In this document: positions 50,344 to 57,993 of the stretch, in pieces
Layout: each line of letters begins with the position of its first letter
Position numbering within the stretch: the first letter of the stretch is position 1
Origin: a virus
Taxonomy: Duplodnaviria > Caudoviricetes
Strand: one strand, 5' to 3'
DNA: 64,000 bases
IMG/VR virus record: IMGVR_UViG_3300021979_000003
Coordinates: 128,001 to 192,000 of that record
Notes under the pieces: generated by a model
Database searches by the model: none
The model's input: only the letters and a program-made list of their open reading frames with translations
Told to the model about the DNA's origin: nothing
Translations under genes and position numbers: made by a program

Positions 50344-50780
50344 ACAAATCCCTTGAACTCTATGTCATCTTCGGTGACTTCAAAATATGCATTTAGATAT
50401 TCATCGAACTCATTTTTGCATTTAAAAACAACAACAAGACCATTCTCAAGGGTAAATCCCATGATCATATAGCTGTCACATTCATATGTGTCACCATCAT
50501 TAATATAACCTGTAATACCTTCTCGAACCATGTCATTAACCTTAGTTACGTGCTTTTTAACTTTCGATAAGAATGACATAGACTCCGATAGATCAATTTC
50601 TTTACCATCAACGGACTCAGTTACTTTGTTGCAACCACAATCACAATCAGAAGGGCAGTCACAAGGTTTTGTTCCATCGCAATCACATTTACTCTCTTCT
50701 ACTGATTCTTCACTTTCAGCTTCTTTCTTTTCGACCGATTTCATCATTCTCATGTAATCGCCCATTGTTTTACTTGACAT
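50340..50780 (-). CDS. Hypothetical protein with a Cys-rich metallothionein-like segment
   Basis: CDCDGTKPCDCPSDCDCGC; SD AAGGAG. Confidence 0.7.
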   Translation of the reverse strand: MSSKTMGDYMRMMKSVEKKEAESEESVEESKCDCDGTKPCDCPSDCDCGCNKVTESVDGKEIDLSESMSFLSKVKKHVTKVNDMVREGITGYINDGDTYECDSYMIMGFTLENGLVVVFKCKNEFDEYLNAYFEVTEDDIEFKGFV

Positions 50781-50792
50781 TATATTCTCCTT

Positions 50793-51287
50793 TTACTTCC
50801 CACATATATCTGCAAATGGTACTAAGTTATCGTCAAAAAATGTATCATAATCAAAAAAGTACCATCCTTTGTACTCCAAACCACGCTCTAGGTTTAGGTT
50901 TTCATTCTTCTCAATACAAATAAACTTCCCTTTTCTATTTACTTTTATTGCTATAATATTAATATCACCATCGTCAGCAGCATCATATGTTTGACCAATC
51001 CATGTATCTAGTTGGCTACAGTTACCTTGAAAAATCTGGTGAAATAGCAAGTCTGAGTAAAACTTACATTCCATGTTCATTCTATAAAAACTATCAGGTG
51101 GAGTAACATCACCTTTATGATGACGTGCTTGATTCTCGGTTAAAGAATCTTTTCTGAATCTATTGCTACCACCAGTGAATGCACCAGACCCAATAGTTCT
51201 AACAAAATTTTCACCATATCGTTCTGTTAAATCTTTTGCAATTTCCCTTTCAAATCCACTTCCTTTAGTTTTTTGTTTACTTGGCAT
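50793..51287 (-). CDS. Holliday junction resolvase-like PD-(D/E)xK nuclease
   Basis: KGSGFERE.AK.L, GSGA, GDV, and ECKFY. Confidence 0.8.
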   Translation of the reverse strand: MPSKQKTKGSGFEREIAKDLTERYGENFVRTIGSGAFTGGSNRFRKDSLTENQARHHKGDVTPPDSFYRMNMECKFYSDLLFHQIFQGNCSQLDTWIGQTYDAADDGDINIIAIKVNRKGKFICIEKNENLNLERGLEYKGWYFFDYDTFFDDNLVPFADICGK

Positions 51288-51308
51288 AATACTTCCTCTT
51301 AAAAATAA

Positions 51309-51345
51309 TATTTATACCTTGAAAAATATACAGTTAATCCGATAT
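51309..51345. promoter_or_regulatory. Divergent promoter block: late TATAAATA (minus) and sigma32-like promoter (plus)
   Basis: TATTTATA at 51309-51316; CTTGAAA-N13-TCCGATAT at 51318-51345. Confidence 0.55.
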
Positions 51346-51417
51346 ATACTATTGAGGGCGCTCAACGGTAGGCTCTCCACAACTATATTTCTAGCTTAAA
51401 CGTAAGGAGAATATATT

Positions 51418-51885
51418 ATGACAAATAAAATGCCTAGAAGAATAACAAGCGACATGCTTTTTGATAACTCATTTAAAGATTTATTTAATATCTTTGATAG
51501 TGCACCTGCTTTTGGTATGAACAAAAGTGTGCCTCCATACCCACATTTTAACTTGACTAACCTAGACGAAGATGGACGCTATACAGTAGAAGTGGCTCTT
51601 GCTGGATTTGATAAAGATGATATTGCTGTTCGTTTTGAACCATATCAACAAAATCCAAACAGTGGTGTAAAAGTTCTTAAAATAGAAGCTTTACATAGCC
51701 ATAGCGAAGAAGAGGAAGGTTCTGGATACCTTCATCAAGGTATCGCAAAAAGGGATGCTAAGTTGTCTTTACTAACACATAAAACCGATAAGGTTGAGAA
51801 CTGTACTTATGAAAATGGTGTATTGTATATAACCATTAAAAAGACCGAGCCTGATAGTCAGGTCGAAAACATAGATATAATGTAA
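51418..51885 (+). CDS. Small heat-shock protein (Hsp20, IbpA-like)
   Basis: PPYPHFNL...YTVEVALAGF, YLHQGIA.R, and ENGVLYI.I. Confidence 0.92.
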   Translation: MTNKMPRRITSDMLFDNSFKDLFNIFDSAPAFGMNKSVPPYPHFNLTNLDEDGRYTVEVALAGFDKDDIAVRFEPYQQNPNSGVKVLKIEALHSHSEEEEGSGYLHQGIAKRDAKLSLLTHKTDKVENCTYENGVLYITIKKTEPDSQVENIDIM

Positions 51886-51890
51886 AAAGA

Positions 51891-51916
51891 AAAAGAGGGC
51901 AATGCCCTCTTTTTTA
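51891..51916. terminator. Bidirectional intrinsic terminator
   Basis: AAAAGAGGGC-AAT-GCCCTCTTTTTT. Confidence 0.9.
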
Positions 51917-52471
51917 TTGTTCCAAGAACCTATGCTCTCCAACGTCTCCTACTAAAATATAATGCTCTGCCCATGATGGGTTTGCAGTTTTATAGTTATA
52001 GTAGTGAGTGGCTTCACCAACCAACGGCTCGTACAAATCATGGTATGCATAAAATGATGCCAAGATAGATTCCCTCCAAGCATTCTTTTCAAGAACATTC
52101 ACTTCACCTGACTTAGTATGAAGTTGAATAGTATCAGGGACACCATCACAATACCAGCTATACCAGCACTCGTTTTTAATTGGATTACCTTTTGAATCAA
52201 TATTAGAGCGCTTTACAATACCACAGACATTTGAATAACGGCGAAACTCACCTTCTTCGTCATGTACGCGATTCATTACCGCTTGGGCTACTGCCACCTT
52301 ACTCTCAAAATCTTCACCACGTGTTTCATGGTATGTATTGATAGTGAGACAGTAAAGCTCTTGTGCATACTGCGGTTCTGGTGAGTAATTATGCATTGGC
52401 TCTACGTCTGTAAGAAACGCCTGCCCAAAGATTGTAATCAAATTAAAAAACATAGCTTCTGCAAGATTCAT
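51914..52471 (-). CDS. SleB-family cell wall hydrolase (Hydrolase_2)
   Basis: CL..NTYHETRGE, AVAQAVMNRV, YSW.CDG, GEATHYY, P.WA and GEHRF; hydrophobic N-terminus; TTGTAA-N17-TATAAT upstream (52497-52525). Confidence 0.9.
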   Translation of the reverse strand: MNLAEAMFFNLITIFGQAFLTDVEPMHNYSPEPQYAQELYCLTINTYHETRGEDFESKVAVAQAVMNRVHDEEGEFRRYSNVCGIVKRSNIDSKGNPIKNECWYSWYCDGVPDTIQLHTKSGEVNVLEKNAWRESILASFYAYHDLYEPLVGEATHYYNYKTANPSWAEHYILVGDVGEHRFLEQ

Positions 52472-52528
52472 AAGTCTCTCCATCAGTAATATAATTATTA
52501 TACTACCTTGGTTTTAAAATTACAATAC

Positions 52529-53002
52529 TTAGAGTGGTTTTGCTTCAATAGAAACGATTTCATACTCAATAGTATTGGGTCCAATATTGATTTCAAATGC
52601 GTCATCAACACGAAGCCCCATCATTTCACGTCCAACTGGACTAGTGTAACTAATCATGCCTTTCGAAGGATCGCTTTCTACACTACCTACGAGGCGGTAA
52701 ACAACTTCCTGATCTGTATCAATGTTAACAAGGGTTACGACAGAACCCACTGTTACTTTGTCCGTTTGAATAGTAGTGACATCAACGACTGTTGCATTAG
52801 ACATGATGTCTTTTAGTTCACTATATTGCTTTTGTAATGAATCATAACGCTGGTTATATTCATTGGTTTCTGTGTTGTCTTCGGTAGAAAGGGAGTTATC
52901 ACGAACCTCTTTCATTTCCACCATAACGTTTTTCATTTCTTCCTGTAGGGCGTCCATACGCTTTTTCAAAATACCAACACCATACTGTGTAATAACATTC
53001 AT
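52529..53002 (-). CDS. GreA/GreB-family RNA polymerase secondary-channel factor with atypical tip
   Basis: SNATVVD, V.VGS.VTL.N.D, YRLVG..E.D....IS..SP.G..MMG...D align with GreA. Confidence 0.85.
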   Translation of the reverse strand: MNVITQYGVGILKKRMDALQEEMKNVMVEMKEVRDNSLSTEDNTETNEYNQRYDSLQKQYSELKDIMSNATVVDVTTIQTDKVTVGSVVTLVNIDTDQEVVYRLVGSVESDPSKGMISYTSPVGREMMGLRVDDAFEINIGPNTIEYEIVSIEAKPL

Positions 53003-53039
53003 AAAGTTTTTCTCCAATTTAAAGATTATATTTATTGAA

Positions 53040-53858
53040 TTAAATCAATTTTAGATAATTTACAATTTCGGGTTTGATTTCTTCGTTAATAACGGTAAAC
53101 GATTCATCAAGTATGTCACTTTTCATTAATCTGAGAAGTGTTTTATTTTTAGATTGTTTCACTGATTCAATGAATGAATAGAAAGATTTGTTATAGTCTT
53201 CAATTGCAATCTTAAGCATTTCGTTTGTATTCTTTCCATCATTGACAATAGACGAAGTAAACGATTCAAGGTGGGTTTTACCTTCAGTTTCAACATTTTC
53301 ATCACGTAAGGATTCTAGTTCACCAATACTAGAATAGGTATACTCTAGTACTTCAAAAGCTAAACGTGCTATATCTTCACAGTCATACGATGAAATTTGA
53401 AACACTTTTGCTAGTTGTGGAGTGAATGCAATTAAAGCGGATACTTTTGCCACATTAGCGTCTTTTGTTGATGCATATATGGTATACCCAACGACGTTGA
53501 TTGCAAAAGACAAACCTTCTATTGCATCACCGGTTTCTGTCACATGTTTGAAATTCTGGTAGTATTCAGAATCCACATGAGAAGGAAATAGGAATTTAAA
53601 AATCTGTAGGAAGCGAAATACTTCATAACCATTTGGATCACCCTGCTTACTTACTACAGCTTGGGCTAGAATCCTTTTCTTATGGTTATTAAGAACAAAG
53701 AAACATGAATGCAAAATAAACTCATCGACCATTTCAGTTTCTGAGATAGATTTTTCAAACATATATGACGTGATTTTCGATTTGATGTTTTGTGGTGTCA
53801 GCCTTGCTGTATAAATCAGCTTGCCCCAAAAGTCTTTACTCTCTTCATTAAAATTCAT
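53040..53858 (-). CDS. Hypothetical protein, 272 aa
   Basis: SD GAGG; long ORF. Confidence 0.7.
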   Translation of the reverse strand: MNFNEESKDFWGKLIYTARLTPQNIKSKITSYMFEKSISETEMVDEFILHSCFFVLNNHKKRILAQAVVSKQGDPNGYEVFRFLQIFKFLFPSHVDSEYYQNFKHVTETGDAIEGLSFAINVVGYTIYASTKDANVAKVSALIAFTPQLAKVFQISSYDCEDIARLAFEVLEYTYSSIGELESLRDENVETEGKTHLESFTSSIVNDGKNTNEMLKIAIEDYNKSFYSFIESVKQSKNKTLLRLMKSDILDESFTVINEEIKPEIVNYLKLI

Positions 53859-53872
53859 ATAACAACCTCATT

Positions 53873-53896
53873 AAAAAAGAACCGCATTGCGGTTCT
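53873..53896 (-). terminator. Intrinsic terminator
   Basis: Minus strand AGAACCGC-AAT-GCGGTTCT followed by a T-run. Confidence 0.85.
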
Positions 53897-53929
53897 ATAA
53901 ACAAATAATTATCTCATGTCCTTATGGAA

Positions 53930-55159
53930 TCACTTCTTATCATAGATATCTGATTCTGTAACGTTATAGCCATTGTAACCTTTAACGTCCTGTAGGTCAA
54001 CCTTCATTCCATGAATTTCTCCGTTACGACCAACAACATAAATATTCTGAGAAGCCTTACCAGCAAGGTCTAGAGCATTCTGTGAATAGTTGTTTGATCC
54101 CGGCAGACCCGAAGACCTAGCAAATAGATCACTAATCACAGCACTGTGAATATGACCAAAGATTGTGTAGTTAATGAAAATACCTTTCTGAGCATATTGT
54201 CCATACTTTGCCGCAATCTTTTTATCAGTATCACGAGCAAAGCCATTGTGACCATGAAGTAGTAGAAACTTTTGACCAGCCACTTCAATAACTTTCTCCA
54301 CGAAAGTGTCATCAGGACCATGAAAGTATACACCTTTGCTACCTTTGAAAAGATAAGCTAGGGTATTGTATATTACAAAGTCGAAGTTGTCTTGTGCAAT
54401 TTCGTTAATCCAGCCCACGTCTTTTTCAATACGTGATTCATTACCAGTTACGTTAGCACACTCAACATTGAAGTCTTCGTTAATGTCTAGAATAGCTTGT
54501 TGAAGAATATCAACAGCAACGAATGTTGCATTAGCTCGGTTGGTCGCATTCAGTAGTAATTCATCAGGACGACGGTTAGAGTTCATTAGATCGCCTGTAA
54601 AGGCAAAGATGACCTTCGACACACCGTAAGCCTTAAACACCCTCTTAGCGTGTTGTACGTGCTTCTGGATACGCTTAGATGCAATGTCTACATCAAACTT
54701 GTTATTGGCAAGTAGAACTTGCTCGTTAATATGCAAGTCGCTTAGGTGTATCACACCCTCATACTCACCTTGTACATTTTGATGAACCTGAGTAAGACCA
54801 GAAAGATTTTTACTTTTAAATACCTTTAGTAGGCTTTCAGAGTATTCTTCTAGTGCATTTACAATCCTAGACTTCTCACGGAAATACTTTCTTTCAACTC
54901 GCATAACATCAGCTTGACGCTGTTTAGTTTTTGCTAGCTTGATCAAAGTATTTTTAATGTCGTCGTTAGGAGCTTTTTCAATTTGTTCGATCAGGTCTTG
55001 ATCTTCCTTACTAAACCCAACTTTCTTTAGTCCACGACGTAAAGTGGTTCTAGGAACACCAAGTTCTTTTGCGAGTTTACGGACTGATAAACCTTCTTCG
55101 GTTTTTAAACGGTCTGCGCACTCTTCAAAAAATTCATCACTATAATTTGATTTTGACAT
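53930..55159 (-). CDS. HTH plus calcineurin-like metallophosphoesterase
   Basis: LSVRKLAKELGVPRTTLRR HTH; SDLH, GD, GNE, HGH and GHIH motifs. Confidence 0.85.
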   Translation of the reverse strand: MSKSNYSDEFFEECADRLKTEEGLSVRKLAKELGVPRTTLRRGLKKVGFSKEDQDLIEQIEKAPNDDIKNTLIKLAKTKQRQADVMRVERKYFREKSRIVNALEEYSESLLKVFKSKNLSGLTQVHQNVQGEYEGVIHLSDLHINEQVLLANNKFDVDIASKRIQKHVQHAKRVFKAYGVSKVIFAFTGDLMNSNRRPDELLLNATNRANATFVAVDILQQAILDINEDFNVECANVTGNESRIEKDVGWINEIAQDNFDFVIYNTLAYLFKGSKGVYFHGPDDTFVEKVIEVAGQKFLLLHGHNGFARDTDKKIAAKYGQYAQKGIFINYTIFGHIHSAVISDLFARSSGLPGSNNYSQNALDLAGKASQNIYVVGRNGEIHGMKVDLQDVKGYNGYNVTESDIYDKK

Positions 55160-55200
55160 GAGATATTATTCTCCGATTTATTTTTGTAATAATTACAGAC

Positions 55201-55229
55201 ATACTATCATGGGATTGACATATGTCAAT
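55201..55229 (-). promoter_or_regulatory. Sigma70-like promoter with a 16-bp palindrome overlapping the -35
   Basis: TTGACA-N16-(TGa)TAGTAT; ATTGACATATGTCAAT at 55214-55229. Confidence 0.75.
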
Positions 55230-55242
55230 ATATTTATCACAT

Positions 55243-55264
55243 AAAAAAGCCCCTTTTCGGGGCT
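55243..55264 (-). terminator. Intrinsic terminator after the VWA gene
   Basis: Minus strand AGCCCC-GAAAA-GGGGCT-TTTTT. Confidence 0.85.
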
Positions 55265-55281
55265 AATCGGAGCATTTTCGA

Positions 55282-56649
55282 TTAATTTGCATAATCGTCG
55301 TAATAGAGAGTAGTACCGAAGGGAGCTTTTACCTTATTGCTGATCGCATAGCGGTCATGAATAAGGAAAACCGTTTCACAGTACTCAGGATCGCCCCAAG
55401 AGTCCCATGGCATACCATCTGTGAGCATGATAAAGGTTTCAGGCTGAATATCTTCTTCTTCGAAGAACCTCCAACAGCACATGAAATCAGTACCACCACC
55501 ACCTTTCGGGTTGTATGACAGAAGGTCATCAATAGTGTCCTGTGTAAACTCTTCATAGTTGTACACCTTAGTATCGAAAGTGAAGATACCAATCTTGAAG
55601 GACATGAACGCGTCTGCAATAGAGTAGATTTCACTCAGGAAGTCCCGCAATTGCTCATTGCTCATAGAGCCAGAAGCATCGATACCAATGACAAAATCAA
55701 AGTGATCATCAACGGTCAGGCTTGGCAGCATGATACGCTGTGACATGTAACGACGGTTTAGACGCTTCCATGTGTAATCACTAGTAACCTGTGACTTGGC
55801 AGTTTCACGAACAATGTCACGCCAGTTCATTTTAGGTTCAACAAGCTGTTCGATTAGGCGTTCTACCTCGGCAGGAACCTTACCAGCCTTCTTGCCGACA
55901 TCAGCAGCCTGCATAATGGTAGACGTAATTTCGTTTTCGATTTCAGACGCTTCACTTTCGCTGATAGTCATAGAGCCACCAGAACCATCCTGATCGCCAT
56001 CACCGTCTTCACCGTCACCGGAACCATCACCAGATACGTCTACTTCAATATGATCATCGAAGTTACCACCGGCACCGGGGCCGCTACCAGCATTGCCAGA
56101 ACCGCCACCTTCGCCGGAACCACCGCCGCCGTTTTGCTGAGCTTGTTGGTACAGTTCTTCATACAGGTCTTCAGTTGTACGGTTACCATAGCTTTCTTCG
56201 TACAGGCCACCTACGGAAGGGAAACGACCAACATTATCACGTACAAGAATGTAGTTAATGATGTAGTCACCTGCATAGTTCCAGATTTTCGGATCACGCT
56301 TACCACGACGTGTAAGGTGGCGAAGAACACAATGCATAACCTCGTGTGCTACAAGAAACACAAGCTCTTCGTCATCCAGAGCATCAATGAAGCACGGATT
56401 GTAATAGAAGTTGCGGCCATCTACAGCGGCAGTTTTAATAACCTTGTGGTCCTTCTCAACGCCTTTAAGCTGTAGGTTAATTGCGATAGTGCCATAGAAA
56501 GGCTCTTTCTGTAGTAGACGAATACGGGTTACAAGAAGACGAGAATGAACCGCACGTTCATCAACATCCTTTTCGTAATCGACTTCTTTGGTTGCTTCAC
56601 CAATCTTGGCATGAAGCATTGCCGATTTGTTACTTAGTACGTTATGCAT
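55282..56649 (-). CDS. Metallopeptidase-like (HExxH) plus VWA-domain protein (DUF2201-type MoxR partner)
   Basis: TAAVDG, AHEVMHCVLRH, WNYAGDY.IN, MIDAS DxSxS (DASGS), GGGGTDF, MLTDG; start at MHNV (SD GGAG). Confidence 0.88.
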   Translation of the reverse strand: MHNVLSNKSAMLHAKIGEATKEVDYEKDVDERAVHSRLLVTRIRLLQKEPFYGTIAINLQLKGVEKDHKVIKTAAVDGRNFYYNPCFIDALDDEELVFLVAHEVMHCVLRHLTRRGKRDPKIWNYAGDYIINYILVRDNVGRFPSVGGLYEESYGNRTTEDLYEELYQQAQQNGGGGSGEGGGSGNAGSGPGAGGNFDDHIEVDVSGDGSGDGEDGDGDQDGSGGSMTISESEASEIENEITSTIMQAADVGKKAGKVPAEVERLIEQLVEPKMNWRDIVRETAKSQVTSDYTWKRLNRRYMSQRIMLPSLTVDDHFDFVIGIDASGSMSNEQLRDFLSEIYSIADAFMSFKIGIFTFDTKVYNYEEFTQDTIDDLLSYNPKGGGGTDFMCCWRFFEEEDIQPETFIMLTDGMPWDSWGDPEYCETVFLIHDRYAISNKVKAPFGTTLYYDDYAN

Positions 56650-56710
56650 AGTTATCTCCAACTTTTGTTTCAACTACTATGGTGTATTTAAACATAGTTT
56701 AGACTTGATG

Positions 56711-56968
56711 TCAAACTACTTTGCAAATAATGGCATCTTCAGCCACACGATAAACGGTTTCATCAACAACATCATCTAACTTTTTCACAGCATCGGAAAA
56801 CCAGATAATGTCACCTTCTTTAATAAACTCAAGGTCAGGTCCAACACTTAGAACCTCACCCCTTAGATTTTTCTTATCAGTCAAATCTACGTGAATGATA
56901 GTATCATCCTCATAGTCGTCAACTAATTTTACAATACAATGATTCTGCAACGCTTTCAAATGCGACAT
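56711..56968 (-). CDS. groES: GroES/Cpn10-like co-chaperonin
   Basis: LKAL....IVK, GEVLSVGP, IKEGD.I.F, YR..EDAIICKV; shortened mobile loop. Confidence 0.8.
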   Translation of the reverse strand: MSHLKALQNHCIVKLVDDYEDDTIIHVDLTDKKNLRGEVLSVGPDLEFIKEGDIIWFSDAVKKLDDVVDETVYRVAEDAIICKVV

Positions 56969-56980
56969 TTTATACCTCTA

Positions 56981-57847
56981 TTATTGTAGTCGTTTTGTAC
57001 TTAAATCAATTACTTTTTCTTCTTTGTTCAGGCACCCAAATTTATCTTTAGAATACTTCACACCATCAACCTTGTCGTAAACTTCAATGTTCATGCTCAA
57101 AGACTCAAAAGTTTCAATAATGAAATCTTCAAGCGGCTCAAGTGGTGCGTTATGGTCCTTATAGATATATCGTGCCAAATCAGGGAATCTCAATGCGGCA
57201 TCCCTTTTACAGAATACATCTATGTCATGCACCAGTCCGTACAACTGGATAAACATAAACGCAATATCCTTTACAATTTCAACATCAGGTAACTTTTTGT
57301 TAAAAGTTTCTACTGAAGAAATTCCATTTTGAGATACCACCTTAAGAATAAATTCAAGTCTTTCTTTAAAAGAACCTTTCTTAAGAAGATATTTAACTTC
57401 TTCCCTATAAGAAGTTCTGGATAAAAATGTCAGAAGCGTTCGAACTACTTTGACAATCTTAAATGAAACATTTTGTTCAAGCTTGAGCTTAATAGGATTT
57501 TTCCCATAAAGCACATTGTTGTTATAAGCATGATGATCAAATGTGTAATAAAGAGCGTTGTTACACTCTTCAAGATCATCGTATTCACACCAATCTACTA
57601 CACCATCCTTCGATATATGGATGAATGAAAAATCAACGGTCTTATCAGAGTTTGAAAATTGTCCTGAATAGCGAAGAGTATAATCAATAGTTTCATGAAT
57701 TTCATCCATCATGATACGGTCATCTTCATCATCCATATCAGGTACACGACTAAGACCAATGAAAACATCAATATCATCAGAATCGTTCGAGCCGTATCGG
57801 TAAATTCCAGTTATGTCTAGTTCTGTTTGTTGGATCATAATAGTCAT
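56981..57847 (-). CDS. Pol-beta-superfamily nucleotidyltransferase-like protein
   Basis: YGSNDSDDIDV (GS...DxD) followed by a helical C-terminal region. Confidence 0.6.
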   Translation of the reverse strand: MTIMIQQTELDITGIYRYGSNDSDDIDVFIGLSRVPDMDDEDDRIMMDEIHETIDYTLRYSGQFSNSDKTVDFSFIHISKDGVVDWCEYDDLEECNNALYYTFDHHAYNNNVLYGKNPIKLKLEQNVSFKIVKVVRTLLTFLSRTSYREEVKYLLKKGSFKERLEFILKVVSQNGISSVETFNKKLPDVEIVKDIAFMFIQLYGLVHDIDVFCKRDAALRFPDLARYIYKDHNAPLEPLEDFIIETFESLSMNIEVYDKVDGVKYSKDKFGCLNKEEKVIDLSTKRLQ

Positions 57848-57892
57848 CCTTTTTTTAATATCTTACTATAGTTATACTTTTTAAGCAAGTAT

Positions 57893-57919
57893 AAAAAAGG
57901 GAACCTTAAGGTTCCCTTT
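57893..57919 (-). terminator. Intrinsic terminator after MoxR
   Basis: Minus strand AAAGGGAACC-TTAA-GGTTCCC-TTTTTT. Confidence 0.88.
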
Positions 57920-57993
57920 AAGTTTGGCATTCTGACATGCTTTACAGCATATCGAGAATGTCCTGATGACGGTCCAGCAGAGTAGACAGAGAG

